From a virus, in IMG/VR virus record IMGVR_UViG_3300045988_078326: a stretch of DNA of 64,000 nt. The stretch is one strand, 5' to 3'. A model generated the notes under the pieces. The model made no database searches and was not told the DNA's origin. It saw nothing but the letters and a program-made list of their open reading frames with translations. Positions 45,601 through 58,651 of the stretch are shown piece after piece (the stretch's first letter is position 1; each line of letters begins with the position of its first letter). A program made the position numbers and the translations under genes.

Positions 45601-48600
45601 AAAAGTAAGAGAATTGTTGAATAATCCTTGAAGGTCTGATCTATCTTTCTCAAGATAGGTCTCAGCCTCATCAAGCATCTTATTATAATTAGCTTGCTGT
45701 TTTTCTAACTCTTGAAGCTCTTTCTAATAAGCCTATAATTTCTTCGCTCCATATGCTCTATCTATATTATTACCAATATCATCTAATAAATTATTCTAAT
45801 TCTCAATCTCACGAGTTATTTCATGGTATCTATCTTCTATATCTTCAAGAGTTTTTTCATCTTCGGCATCATATTTTGTACCTTCGTTATCTCCGCCAGA
45901 ATCTTTATTTCTAATATTGTCTGTTGCTATTCTATTCGGATCTAATGCTCCATCAGGATCAAATGCAAATGGCTCCTAACCATAATCAAAAATACCATTC
46001 TATCCAGATCCCGTACCCTAAGAAGATAAATATGAACCAGCTTCTTTTAGAGCATTAGTAAAATTACCAATAGCATCTCCGCCCTCGCCGGAAATTTTTA
46101 ATCCTAGAGTGGGAAGCTCAAAAGGAAGATCCGCTTTGCCAGCTAGCCAATCATCTATCTATAATTTTCCCCATGATTTTACATATGGAGTAAAACCTAA
46201 ATCATATTCAAAATTAGAAATTAAATCTCCTAGTGCTGTTAGAACAGCCCCAGCCGCCTATGAAGTTGAGCTAATTGTATTAGCACTCTCGGACATAGTA
46301 GAATTAATAACGGCTCCAGCGATACTAGCATCAGTGGACATTGCTTGCATTAAAGCATCGGCGCTTGTATCTAGTCCATTTGCTAGCGTTATTCCCTAAT
46401 CAAGAACACCCTAGAGAATCCTTTTATAAGATTCGTTATTAGTCTATTCTAGTCCTACGAGCTATTGTCCAATACTTGATACCATTGCCTAAAATTCTGT
46501 CGCAGTAGTATCGAAATTATTATCAATGGTAAAATCTATCGCTCCAAAGCTATCAGCATAGTTTAATAAGTAATCGTAATTATCTACTAAACTATTTACA
46601 ATTCCCATCATGTCTTGGGCATCGCTCACTTGTTTTTCCCAAGTATTTAAATTAGATATATCAGACATGGTTCTGGCATATTCTTCCTCAGAAATTGTAG
46701 TTTGATCTACTCCATCTTTGAGTTCCCAAACTCCGTCTGTATTTTTTGTAATATTCTAATTTAATTTAGACTAAGCCGTAATTAATGCTTTCGTGGCAGC
46801 GATTGTTCCCTCATAGTAATCATCCATATTGATGGTTCCAGATTTAAACTTTTTATTTAAATCTATCAGTCCATCCCCTATAGACCCGGTTGCAGCGACC
46901 AAAGTAGCTTCATATAAATCAGTTTCTTCTATATTATCGTCAATTTCTTCGTTTAATCTATGAAAGCCTGCATTTATATTACTTAATCTTTTATTAATCG
47001 TATCAAAATATTCTTGGGCAGATATTGCCCCCTCCTGATACGCTTTCGCATTATCACTAAGGGCCTATGTTCTCTCTTTAAACAATTCTACATCAGTTTC
47101 ACTTGTAAACGTATAATCATTTATTGCATTTGAATCACTGGCTCGCGATACTAATTCATCCCACATATTAATATAATTCTAGAGATAATCAGTATTTACC
47201 CCATATTTTTCTTTCATAGATTCTATTGTAGCATCAAGAATTTGCTCTTCTTGTCGTTCAGAATCTAAAAATGTCTAAAGAGACTAATTTGTTAGTTTAT
47301 ACGCATCTCCAACTTTAACAATATACTAAGCATATCTTTCATCTGCATTAATGAGTTCTTGAACTTGATCCATGGTTAGATAGCCTTCTTGATCCTTATA
47401 TGACTATAAGGCAGATTCAAGAGCACTCTAACTATTATTTAATTCTTCCAATATAGATTTTAAGTCGTCTATTCCCTTTACATTTATATTTATTTCATTA
47501 ATTTTATAATTATCTAAAAATTCCTATAATTCTTCAACCGTATCAAAATTATCTATATTGACATCCATAAGGATTTCCCAATCCTCATTTGATAGAGAAT
47601 CAAAATCAAAATCACTAAATTTACTTTCTACTTTTTCCTTTGCTTCATCTACTCTGCTATCTACAAAAGTTAAAAACTCATCTACGCTGACTCCAGCTAA
47701 CATTAATTCATTTTTAATGGATTCTGTTATCAAACCAGAGGCTGCACTAATATCACTACTAGCCAAAGTGCTATAAAGCTAAGTAGAAATCTATTTAACT
47801 GATTGGTTATCTAAAATTGGTTTTAATATAACCTCTTCATATTCACTTTGACTGCCATAAAGATTTTTACGAATAAGAGATAACTGCTCCTGCATTGAAG
47901 CTATCATTTCTGGATTATACTCAATAACCCCGTCAGTAACAGATTTAATATATGCAGCATAATCATCTTCTGCTTGCTATATAGCTTCAGAATTGTCAGT
48001 TACCCACTGTGCCGTAATCTATTCATTTTGAGTAACCCAATCTTGATACTCTACTAAGTAATCACGATAGGCATCAGAATTTTTATCAAGGCCCTAAGTA
48101 ATACTATTAAACCAAGTGTCTGCATCTACGTACTAATCTTTATAAGTATATCTATTCTATTCAAGTACAGATTGAGCATTTGGATCATTTAAATCCATGC
48201 TCTATTCTAACTCTTTAAACCAGTCCTAGTCTCCATTGTATTCATTCCAACTTCTCCACTAGGTTAAATCTGGTCCTCCTGCCAAACTCTTAGTAGATTT
48301 ATCATAATTCTCTTCGATAGTTTTTGCCTAGGCTTTTTGCGCTTCTTCTGTTAACTTCTCTTGTAACTCAACCTATCTCTACAAAGAAGATTCTGCCTAT
48401 TTAAGTTTTTCTAATTCTTCTTGTTCGACTATACTTAAAGAATCCTAATTATTTAATTCTTCTATTCTATCTTTCGTTGTCTATAATTCAGAATTTAAAG
48501 ATTCTAATGCAGATTTCTAATCCTCATAAGCCTAGGTAGCATTAGATATTTTTTCTCTAGCCTCTTCTTCCGTAACAATAATGAGAGAAATAACATTAAC

Positions 48601-51351
48601 AAGTAAGGTTACTCCCAAAGTGATTAACCCAATAAGTGGTAAAGCAGTTGAGATAGCCGCACCAACAGTAGTAATACCAGCAGCCGCAGTTTTAGCTGAA
48701 GCTCCAACTGTTAAATACGATATTGCAGTTAAACTATTTTGTAATGCCTGCTTTTTAAACAAGGTAGAGATTGTTGGTAATAACATTCCAAAGTTAGTAA
48801 GAATAACTGTAAAATCTTCAACAGTAAACTCTCCCTCTTTCACAGAATTTGTAAAAGTAGAGAACATGGAATTAATACTTGTCATTCCCATTGTAACTTG
48901 CGATAAAGTGGTTCCTACTTTAACCAATGTCTCAGCCCAGTCTAAAGTAGCATATCTGTTATTCTTTAACCCCTCACTAATTTCTTTTGTTTTCTACTGT
49001 AATAATTCTAATCCCTATCTAAAAGCCTCAGCACTAATTTCATTATTCTTAAAAGCTGCTACAAGACCACTTAGATCATTTTTAAATTTAACAGAACCAT
49101 CACCTAAAGAAGTAATAACTCTATTTAATGCAGCAACGTCTGATTCTGCCCCCTTTAATGCTTCCTAAAACTACTAAGAGGTAGTAAGATATTCTATTAT
49201 CTCCTAATTTGTTGCATCTTGAGCACCTTCAAAAAGATTTAGGCTTCTTACTAAATTAATAGTTTCTTGAGAGATTTCATTGGTTCCAGAACCAACTAAT
49301 TTCTATACTTGCTAAAACTTAGAAAGACTTACGCTCGCCACTTTTAATTTGTCAATTAAACTCTAAAGGGCTTGCTAATTTGTCTTTGAACTATAGAGAA
49401 TTTCTGTTTCTATGTCCTCATAAAAAGAAAATTTATTTTCATCTTCTAACACAAGCGCCGATAGTAGATTATCCTTCCATTTTTTATTGGGAACTAAACG
49501 CTCAGACAAACTATTTGTATAAGCTGTAATAAGTTCATCTGATTTGCTAACCTACTACCCAATTAAATTAACCTATGTCTATAAAACCTTTACTCTATCT
49601 AAATCTTGTTGTAAAATACCAGCCTAGCGCTCAGATAGTTGTGTGGCCGCAGCGGACGCTTCTCCTTCAAGCTAAACAATCTAAGCTTGAGTATTTACCA
49701 TCTATCCCTAAATAGTATTATCAAGTGCGGATTTCGCGATAATATCAGCCATCTATGCGGCTTCAGTTCTCAAAGTTTGCGCTCTATCCTTTTCTCTCTA
49801 TCCGATAATACCAAGATTAGAAGCAATATCTCTCATTCCTTGCGCAATCTTATCACCAAAAGCCTTATTCATCAGTAAAGCAGTTGTTGCTAAAACGCCA
49901 GACATTCCGCCTAAACCATCAATAATATCAGCAGTTGTACTTAAAATAGGACTAAGAACATCATCTACCCCAATATAAAAATCAGGATTTATTAAACTAT
50001 CATAAATATCTTCCGCGGATGCTCTTACTCTATCTCTTGCCGCCTCCCAAGATTCAGCATAAATATCTGCTTGTTCTTGTAGAGATCCTTCTGCTCCATA
50101 AGAACTCTCCAAATTTTCCTAGAAGAAATCCCAGTTATCCATAAGAGCAATAAGACGAGTATATTGACGTACTCCAGCTACAGTCTGTGCTAATGCAATC
50201 TATTGATCATTAGATAGAGTTTCCCATTTCTCTCCCATTTCATCTAATAAAGTATCCATAGTCTTGATTTCTCCATTAACGTCAAAGATGTTAATTCCAA
50301 CTTTATCAAGAGCCTAAGAATATTTATTTAGAGTAGTTCCATCATCAAGTGTTTCTCCAAGATTTAAGCCCTGAATACGTGCAAATAATGTTCTAAATGC
50401 AGTACCTACAGTATTCGCAGATTCACGAGTTGTAGCAGTAACAGTAGCAAGCGCAGATGCGGCATACTCATAACTCAAACCTACCGTCTCTGCAACTGCG
50501 GCAAACTGCTAGATACCTTCTGAAATTTCATCAGAGCTTGATGCAGTATCTGCACCTAAGCGCACCATGACGTCTGCATAATACTCAAGACTTTTACTTC
50601 CATCATAGAAGTTATTCCATACCGCAGTTAACTAGTCAGATGCAGTCTAAGCGCTAACACCCGCGGCGTTTGCCATTTTTATAGTAGTTTCAGTTCTATC
50701 TAAAACTTCCTACTCAGTAAGGCCCTACTGATAGTAAATCAGAGCTGCGTCAGTATAATCTACTGTAGTTGTACTCAATGCCTTAGCTGCTTCGTTAGCC
50801 TACTTAGCAAAAACAGCCATATCCTCGGCAGAATTTTCAGTAACTATACGAATGTTTGTCAGAGATTCATTTAAATCTTTTGCATAACCATAAGCTGTCT
50901 CTAAAGAGCCAATAAAACCCTATAAAGTGCTTGCTGTAATCTACCAACGAACCGTATTTTTCATTGTAATCCACAAATCAGACATTAACTTATTAGTTCT
51001 GATTAACGGAGTTTCCGCCGCCATAATAGCCTGAGAAAGATTTAAGAATGTTTCTTGCCCCTAAATTCCCAGTTTGCTTAGTTGATTATAATAGTCTGTT
51101 AAAGTCTTTCCGCTTTTTACTAAACTATCATTAAAAGCAGTCAAATCTAACTTACCTGAATTTCCATTAGTAGCCATCTAAAGATTACGGCTCAATTCAA
51201 GGGCCGCCAAAGATGCCTACTGAAGTTCACTAGAAATAGATGGCTAATTGCCTAATTTCTATAAACTATTTATAACTTCATTAACAGAGGTTTTTAGCTG
51301 ACTCGCGTCAGCGGTAAACCCAATCTAATAGTTTAATCTTTTATTAGCCAC
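42652..51351 (-). CDS. tape measure protein (about 2900 aa) with a C-terminal globular domain
   Basis: GTG 51349-51351 after AAAGGAGGAAAAGGACT. Seven ORF fragments (49798..50112, 48532..48927, 47524..47766, 45472..45678, 44917..45186, 44581..44802, 43033..43422) all lie in the same frame and are joined by sense TAGs. It is a coiled-coil-rich protein with TM-like segments. The C-terminal region is ...VTYIGGTYYHDSYGTDPAGRRGPGKKVRITN... Ends at TAA 42652-42654. Confidence 0.6.
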
Positions 51352-51388
51352 AGTCCTTTTCCTCCTTTATCTCTACGATAAAACAAAT

Positions 51389-51423
51389 AAGGCTCTTGAG
51401 AATTATATCTTCTCAAGAGCCTT
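51389..51423 (-). terminator. rho-independent terminator/attenuator between the chaperone and tape-measure genes
   Basis: Perfect 14-bp stem aaggctcttgagaa/ttctcaagagcctt with a 7-nt loop, followed on the minus strand by AUUUGUUUUAU. Confidence 0.5.
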
Positions 51424-51461
51424 TTAATTCTCTATCTAATTTGTAAATTTTATTAGATTTA

Positions 51462-51992
51462 TTAATCTTTTCCAACCACATCTTTAATTACTGATAGTGT
51501 TTCAAGATTTTCACCATTCTTAATCTTTTCTAGCATATCAGTAATATATGTATCAAGACCAGAAGCATTTTTATTCATCATCTGAATAATGCCGGCCGCA
51601 GAACTATTATATCTTGAAATATCGCTTATAGTATCCTTAACTAAATCCTCAATAAAAGATAGTTCCTCCACCGGAATAATATCACGAATTGCATCAATTA
51701 CACCGTTTGTCTCAAGAGTGTCATAGGTTTTTGCGATATTTTCATGCACATCTTCTGGCTCAAAAGTAATTCCGCCATACCATCTGCATATAGCAATAGC
51801 AAAATAGGTCTCCACTCTAACTGGACTAAAACAGCCAGTTGCCTCATCTATTGATAAATCAGTGACAAACATAATAAGATTTGTTTTATCAGCAATAGGA
51901 AGATAATTAGCCACAGACAAAATCTTATCTGCTCCAACCTTTACTTCTGTATATTTAACTTTAGGCTCAAGCCCCAAATCTTTAAAAGTCAT
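51462..51992 (-). CDS. XkdN-like tail assembly chaperone
   Basis: 176 aa with RBS GGAGATTTTACA. It sits immediately before the tape-measure gene, in the same position and size class as PBSX XkdN-family chaperones. No TAG codons. Confidence 0.5.
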   Translation of the reverse strand: MTFKDLGLEPKVKYTEVKVGADKILSVANYLPIADKTNLIMFVTDLSIDEATGCFSPVRVETYFAIAICRWYGGITFEPEDVHENIAKTYDTLETNGVIDAIRDIIPVEELSFIEDLVKDTISDISRYNSSAAGIIQMMNKNASGLDTYITDMLEKIKNGENLETLSVIKDVVGKD

Positions 51993-52055
51993 TGTAAAAT
52001 CTCCTTTATCTCATTTATATTTTTATTATACTAGAAAAATTAACTATTGTCAAGT

Positions 52056-53492
52056 TTAATATGCGTATTTAGATAGTATATTATTATTTAAAGTTGCTGC
52101 AATAGTTAATTTATTTATAACTCCATTGACTATATCACTACGAGTAATTGCATCTAATATGTTTGCTCCAGAATTACCATACCACTTATTACCTAAAACG
52201 CCTTCTCCACCGATAGAAACCACTTCATGAGCACTATTTCTAACAATATCATCACAGATATTATTAATAATTCGCTAGATAGAAAATACTCTACCATTAA
52301 CTATGATAAACTATCCTAAATGGCCTTTCTATGAGCTAAACTCTCCTGACTAAATCCACTAATTAAAGAAAGATGCCGCGACAGAGGCTCGTATATTATT
52401 AAATGATTCTTCAAAATCAGCTCCAGTATATCTGTGAGCAATCATATTATAAGCAAGATATTTTTCTGGCTAACCAGAAAAATATTCTCCAACATTCATA
52501 CTTGAAGAAGCAGAAATTTTATTCTAAGATACTTTCTTATTTTGCCATCTTGCATTTACATTTGTCCCTATTTCTATATTAAAAGTCTAATTACCCTTGG
52601 TTACTTGTAAACTAAAAGTATCATTATTAAATATATTTGTAGTACCTTTAGACTTAGAGACATTATTCTATCCTTTATCAGCCCATCTCAATTTCCCACC
52701 AGATTGCGCGATTACCTTATCTAATATACTATCCGCGGTATTAACTCCTATTGATATACCTTCTGCTACTATCGCCTAGCTAATCTAATTTCCAATAACT
52801 TTTCTAAATATATAAGCAATAGTATTAGCAAAAGAACGAGAATTTACTGATCCCTATTCACTTAAACGAGTAACAGCTCTATTTAAAGAATCTATTACAT
52901 CTTTCGCGATATTTATATCCCCTTCCCCAACTGCCATAACATAACTTTGCTATGCCTAATCTATCTAAAAACTAGTTCCTATTAGCTATCTTCCAATCTA
53001 TGTTAAAGCATCAAGAACATTAACATTTATCATATTCGCTTTCGTTAAAGCTGATATAAGTAATCTAAAGAAATCATTCACTCTCTATATTTCCGGTGTA
53101 CCAGTTGATAACAAGTTATTAAAACTTCCAGCCTATTGCAATATAGTATTATAGTTTTCAAAATCTACCTATCCGCCAGCTAATTCAATACCTTCATTAA
53201 TACCAGCGGCAATCTAATCAAGAGTAGAATCCAATAGAGTTCCCATTTCTAGATCACTTAGAATCTTTAATCCACTTGCTGCGGAAGGCGCCTTTAGCTG
53301 CATCTATTCTTGAATTGAGGAGATCTAAGCCTCAATTCCCGCGGTCTATGCTTTATTTACTGCCTATTGATACTATGCGCTGAATAAGGTATTCGCTGAT
53401 TCTACGTCGCCATATTCTCTCAAATGGCTACTGTGATATACAATATAGTTAATAGACCAACGCTAAACATAATCATAAATATCAATATCCAT
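52056..53492 (-). CDS. extremely TAG-rich structural protein in the tail-tube position (about 478 aa)
   Basis: RBS GGAGTAATTGGAGTT before ATG 53490-53492. Hand translation is continuous (MDIDIYDYV(Q)RWSINYIVYHSS...LTIAATLNNNILSKYAY), with about 40-45 sense TAGs against about 8 CAA/CAG codons. Ends at TAA 52056-52058. No standard-code ORF longer than 60 aa is seen here. Confidence 0.5.
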
Positions 53493-53520
53493 AACTCCAA
53501 TTACTCCTTATAAAAAGAAA

Positions 53521-53545
53521 AAGGGAGGACATTAAGTCCTCCCTT
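53521..53545 (-). terminator. rho-independent terminator/attenuator after the sheath gene
   Basis: aagggaggac/gtcctccctt is a perfect 10-bp stem, followed on the minus strand by UUUUCUUUUU. Confidence 0.5.
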
Positions 53546-53549
53546 TAGA

Positions 53550-54944
53550 TTAAATTCCGTCATCCTCGGTGACAGAGACTAACTTATTGCGGGTGCTAGT
53601 CTTAGCTTTTGCTGCGGCAGATGTAGCAAAGCTAAGTTTGTTATTAATGGTATAAGTCTTTTCAAAATCACCATTAATCTTATTAATCTTTGCGGTAATA
53701 GGAGTTGCCTGATCTTCGCTAGTAAGAATTACAAGCAATCCTTGAGCTAACTCTTCGCCGCTAACGGTTTGAGTCTTTGTATTACCTTCAATTCTTGGGT
53801 CTGTAGAGAAGTATCTCTCATAAGCTGGGTTTGTAGTTACCACATTATATTGGGTACTATCACTCTCTACTGGGATTTGCAGGCTGATCTGAGCAGCTTC
53901 TGCTATAGTATCGCCATAAGCCTCAGTGTCATAAGCCTTTCCTGTTACACTACCAGTAACATCAAGCTCTGCGGCTGTAGCACTATTAGATACGAAACTT
54001 ACAGTCACATCAGCAGCTTCGCTCTCATAAGTACCTACATTCTCAGAGCATGGCTCACGAGTTTCCTCGGTTTCACCGCTTTCATCAGTGATTACTTGAA
54101 TTGCAGCCAATACCTTATGGGTTTGGTCGAACTTGGTGTAATCAGGGAAAGCGTCCATTGTAAAGGTAAAGGTAGAAGGATCTCCGTTAGCTGCCATGCT
54201 GAATGTGAAGTTACTCTGAACTTTACAGTTAGGAATAATAAATTCAGCAGGCATATCTACGCCATCGCTCTCACGACGGAATAGAGTTGAAGCCTCAAGA
54301 TAATAGTTACCACCAAACTTATCAGCAGTAATTTCAATCATCTGTGCTCCACCGGTACGCTTTACATAGTAGTCAACTAAAACAATGGTTCCCGCAGGAA
54401 GTACGCCAGCATGAGAATAACAAGTTAAAGTTGTTTTGCCATCTTCTGTGTAACTTACAGAAACAGGAATACAAGGCTCGGCATTAACTTGACCATCATC
54501 GCCTAACACCATCACAAAGATGTCGGCAGAACGGTGATACATTTCATTATCATGGTCAGTAAATCCATTCCAGCAAGCCTTGTCTGGAACAATAATAGTA
54601 TTGGCAGTCTCAACTTCAATCTGAGAAGTCTGGTGAACATAGATAGGAGCTTCTTTTGTTGCATCAAGTAGGCCAGCACCAGAAAGAATAGAGAAGCTTT
54701 CTGGAGAAAGTAGAGCATCTTCCATTGTAAAGGTTAGAGTACGCTCACCTTCCCAAGCAATCAATCTAGAATATCCACGTCCGCCCTGCGCATATACTGT
54801 TGTTGCAGCACCCTCAAGAGTAGAGGTTCTTAAAGTGTCGAAATATAAAACTGGTTCATTTTTGTAGAACTTACGATTACCAAGGGTTTGATAACTCTTC
54901 GCACGAAGCACTACATCGCAAATCTCACGAATACCAAAACGCAT
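53550..54944 (-). CDS. contractile tail sheath protein
   Basis: 464 aa. The N-terminus ...SYQTLGNRKFYKNEPVLYFDTLRTSTLEGAATTVYAQGGRGYSRLIAWEGERTLTF resembles PBSX XkdK-type sheath proteins. RBS GGAGGAATTAGCTC. No TAG codons. Confidence 0.75.
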   Translation of the reverse strand: MRFGIREICDVVLRAKSYQTLGNRKFYKNEPVLYFDTLRTSTLEGAATTVYAQGGRGYSRLIAWEGERTLTFTMEDALLSPESFSILSGAGLLDATKEAPIYVHQTSQIEVETANTIIVPDKACWNGFTDHDNEMYHRSADIFVMVLGDDGQVNAEPCIPVSVSYTEDGKTTLTCYSHAGVLPAGTIVLVDYYVKRTGGAQMIEITADKFGGNYYLEASTLFRRESDGVDMPAEFIIPNCKVQSNFTFSMAANGDPSTFTFTMDAFPDYTKFDQTHKVLAAIQVITDESGETEETREPCSENVGTYESEAADVTVSFVSNSATAAELDVTGSVTGKAYDTEAYGDTIAEAAQISLQIPVESDSTQYNVVTTNPAYERYFSTDPRIEGNTKTQTVSGEELAQGLLVILTSEDQATPITAKINKINGDFEKTYTINNKLSFATSAAAKAKTSTRNKLVSVTEDDGI

Positions 54945-54958
54945 GAGCTAATTCCTCC

Positions 54959-55684
54959 TTAATTTTTAGGATGTATATCTCGCATCCATGATTCAACTGG
55001 TTTATCCGGTTTGCCGCCTGCAAGACGAATCCGCAGATCAACATCCCATTCAATAAATGCATTATATCTTTCCATCAAGTCAAATATCTAAAACATATTG
55101 AGATTAAGGCAATCCTCCAAGCTCATTGTCTAAGATCCAACTGTTAGGATAGATACATAACGTGTTAAAACACTTTCATTATTTCCCTTATTCTTTATTT
55201 CCGCTACTTTACGACGTCCCCGCATTAACTTCTCTGCTATTTCTTTTGCTCTATCATTCGCAGGATTATAGATAACATTATTACCTTGAAATATGCTATT
55301 TACACATAAGACCTCTTTTAATGTATCTTGGAAAATATCAAAGTTATTATCATCTATCAAAATAGGTTGCTTTTCATTCTATTTTGTTAAAATAATAGAA
55401 TTTCTCGTAAATAGTGGTATATAGTCAGGAAATAATAACGTAAGAAGCATGATAATTGCATCTTTCTTATCCTTATCCTAAGATTGTTCTAACACCTTCA
55501 TCAATACTTGAAAATTAGTTAAGGATGATGAAAGAATTTCGTCCTATATTAATGATTCTTTGTCTAAACAAAGATATTGAACTGCCATAAAAAATTTTGT
55601 CTCGCCTATAAGAGCTATTTCTTTAATGGTGGGAACATGAATAATAAGTTGTAATTCAGGAATGGGAATATCAATCCCAGCCAT
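54959..55684 (-). CDS. hypothetical virion protein upstream of the sheath gene (about 241 aa)
   Basis: ATG 55682-55684. It contains ORF 55130..55360 in frame and is joined through sense TAGs to TAA 54959-54961. Confidence 0.4.
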
Positions 55685-55700
55685 TAAAGCTAATCTATAA

Positions 55701-56237
55701 TCAGACAAGTGGATTTACCTTATCCTCATTACCACGAATTGCAAGATAGGTAAGAGACAAACCGGCAAACTCTTCATCATAAATATACGGAACAGCGGAT
55801 ACAAATTCAAGTTCTCCTATCCCAGTTAAATGAGTTTTATCCAACATTGAATCTATCTCTCCGGCTATCCTATAAGGACGCAAATCATAATCTCCTAAAT
55901 CCCAATTATCATAATGACATATAATATCTATTCCAAAGGTATTATCTCTATATTCAGGATTAGTAGAATTTCTAACCATCGTACCATAAATTAATCGCAA
56001 ATATGATTTTTCTGGCCTATCTACTTTAATTTTAGGCACAGGAGAAATTTGCTATGTTTCAATCATTTCCTTTATCATATCTCCGGTAACCGCAGGTTTA
56101 CTTTTCCAATCTCTAGTATTATAAGCTAATAACTTTAAAACATTCTAATTAGAAAGTATCCTCTCCATAATCAATGAAGCGTCTTTCTAAATTCCCAATA
56201 AACTAGATTTAGGATATTTATAGGTATTCTTTTTCAT
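55701..56237 (-). CDS. hypothetical head-tail or tail-completion protein (about 178 aa)
   Basis: RBS GGGGTGAAATTA before ATG 56235-56237. Contains ORF 55701..56039 in frame. Three sense TAGs. Confidence 0.4.
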
Positions 56238-56249
56238 TAATTTCACCCC

Positions 56250-57050
56250 TTAGAACAAAGACTCTACCACAATAACTTTTTCTAGCGTAATATTTTCTTT
56301 TTCCCATATTAGAGTGAATTGACCATGAGTAGATTTATTCCATACTAAATCTACTGCTTTATTTCCATTCGGACATAAAGTTACAGGGAAATCTTTTTCT
56401 AGTATTGACCAAGTTCCATTAGGTTCTTCAACAGAATAAGTCTCTTTTATTAAGGGCTTAATGAAAGTTTCACCTAATATTCCACTTTCTGGAGTAGGAT
56501 CAACAGGCTCAAAAACTAATCCATCTTTCATACTATTCTCAATATCGTCTGTATCTCTATTGATATAGTCCTCTTCTGCATTGACTTCAATAACATTTCT
56601 CATGCTAATATCGTCTGGAGCCTAGACTTTCCAGCACCGTCCCGCAAATAGAAATTCTTTATATCTATCAAAAGCATGAATTGTTTTCTCATTTCTTGGC
56701 ATGAGGATATTTAAACTTAAATTAGGTTTATCTAATCTCTCTTGATTTTTCTGAATAGATTCTATCTAAGTTTCAACTGGCCCTCTAATTGCCGCCCATG
56801 TTTCACACCATTTTCCATCCTAATCTTTAAATTTAATCTTATATCTACAACGTCTTATTTCTCCTCTAAAGTAAGCATCCTCGGTTATTTCTTCTAAATA
56901 GATAATCCAATAAGTCCCAGTTCTTTTCCACTCAAAGACATCTCCCGGTTCATATTTTGCCATATGATCTATTGAAATTATCTTATCATCATAATCTTGT
57001 TTTACTTTATCGGGATTAATAAGCGCTCTATATATAGGATAAATACCCAT
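56250..57050 (-). CDS. hypothetical head-tail connector region protein
   Basis: ORFs 56820..57050 and 56250..56603 share a frame and are joined by sense TAGs. It may start further upstream, near 57198. Confidence 0.35.
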
Positions 57051-57218
57051 TTCATTATCAATAGCATCTAAAGATGCATCTAATACCTAAGATGATTTTT
57101 GTACCATCTAAACTGAACAACTTTGATAAGAATACTATAACGCTTTTTGAAGAGTGCGCCATTTATCCTTTATCATTCTATCTTCTTGCCGAACGCCGCC
57201 TTGCCACTCGAGTCTTTT

Positions 57219-57453
57219 CCTCATTAATTCAAGATTCGTCATCTTTTATTACCTATGCCAATAAATCTATACATCTAAAGACTGTTTTTCGATAAATCAT
57301 AAAATCTTCTTTACATACACTTGAAGTTAAACCTTCTAATTTAGATAATAAGATAAGACCTTCGACTTTATCTTTATATATCCTAACCAAACCACTAATT
57401 TCCTCTATCATAGTATTTAAATGATTTATCCAGTCTTCATCGTTTTCCTTCAT
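57219..57453 (-). CDS. small hypothetical protein
   Basis: ORF 57253..57453 extended through a sense TAG to TGA about 57219. Confidence 0.3.
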
Positions 57454-57538
57454 TGGTATTAACTTCCATAACTAATTGATTAGCCTCTTTAAGTCTTGCT
57501 CTCTAGTATCTAATGGAAAATCAATTTCATATTTATCC

Positions 57539-58069
57539 ATCAAAAACACTCGTTTCTCTAAGAGTAGACCAATTCGACTTATAAGACCCTTCATTATCAA
57601 TTAGTTTTCTTCTTTTATAAAGACGTTGCATATGGTGGCTTTGACGCTCAGCTTCCTTCTTTAGCTCTATCAATTTTGCTAAATGATTAGCCTAAGAAGT
57701 CATTTTAAAATCTGTACCAGAATATTTCATTCTCGTCTACTCTATTGATGCTACCTAACGCTATAACCAAGTATTATACATCAATAATGCAAGAATGTTT
57801 ATTTCTTCAGTTGTTAAATGTGCGGAAAAGGCTGGAACAGCAACCGTCCCAGTCTCTTCACTAGCTATCTCAACATTGGTAAAACTATATAATGGAAATC
57901 TAGGAAATTCAAACCCTGGGAGCGCATCCATTAAAATATTATACAAATCTTTCTCGGTATCTTCCTTAGTCCATTCCATATACATATCATCAGTAATTTT
58001 ACCAAAAAATCTATCGTACACTTCTTCAAAAAGGGTAGGATCGCCCTAAATTGGATACTTATTATCCAT
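57539..58069 (-). CDS. hypothetical head-tail connector region protein (about 176 aa)
   Basis: Strong RBS TAAGGGAGGTTATAGCC before ATG 58067-58069. Contains ORF 57761..58021 in frame. Sense TAGs. Ends at TAA about 57539. Confidence 0.4.
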
Positions 58070-58088
58070 GGCTATAACCTCCCTTATC

Positions 58089-58646
58089 TTACTCGGATAT
58101 AGTTACTCTACGCTTTGGAGTATCATCACTTGCAACCGATGCTCTTCTAACAGGCTTAACCTCATTTTTAGAATTTTTTCCTTCGTCCGCGGTTAATTCC
58201 AACGCTTTAGTAACGTTAAAACCTAATTGTTTTTCTATCGCATCTCGCTTTGAAATATCATTCAAAGGAAGAGAAACCGCGTGAGCCTTAATCAAATCTT
58301 TTGTCCCATCAGGGGCAAAATCAAGAGCATCCTTGAATTCATCCAAAGAGCATGACTGCATCCACGAATCAATATCTTTCTCTTTTAACCAATATTCTGG
58401 TTCAACTTTCCCATTAATAAGATATTCAATAATTTCTTTATCATCAATTAATAGATAATTATAAATCAGCTTGCGGCCTCCGGGTGTTTGAACCAACTTT
58501 TCAAGCTCAGATACACTAATCTCTTTATGCTCACCTGGATAGAACATACGACGTACACCAAGCTCAGGCAGTTTATATACCGCGCGGCCCGCACTTTTAT
58601 TATAAACAATACACTTATCTTTCATATTATATCTCCTTTTTCTCAA
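58089..58646 (-). CDS. hypothetical protein downstream of the major capsid gene
   Basis: 185-aa ORF. The likely true start is the internal ATG about 58625 after AAAAGGAGATATAAT. Confidence 0.4.
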   Translation of the reverse strand: MRKRRYNMKDKCIVYNKSAGRAVYKLPELGVRRMFYPGEHKEISVSELEKLVQTPGGRKLIYNYLLIDDKEIIEYLINGKVEPEYWLKEKDIDSWMQSCSLDEFKDALDFAPDGTKDLIKAHAVSLPLNDISKRDAIEKQLGFNVTKALELTADEGKNSKNEVKPVRRASVASDDTPKRRVTISE

Positions 58647-58651
58647 TAAAT

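Noticed and set aside
48581-49168. 195-aa + strand ORF and other antisense ORFs inside long minus-strand genes
   Set aside because: Examples are 1202..1411, 7106..7303, 9400..9606, 11716..12009, 13849..14217, 34416..34601, 43078..43275, 53769..54284, 57795..58049 and 60745..61032. They lie antisense to well-supported genes (tape measure, sheath, DnaE, NrdD and others) and lack RBSs, so they are spurious.
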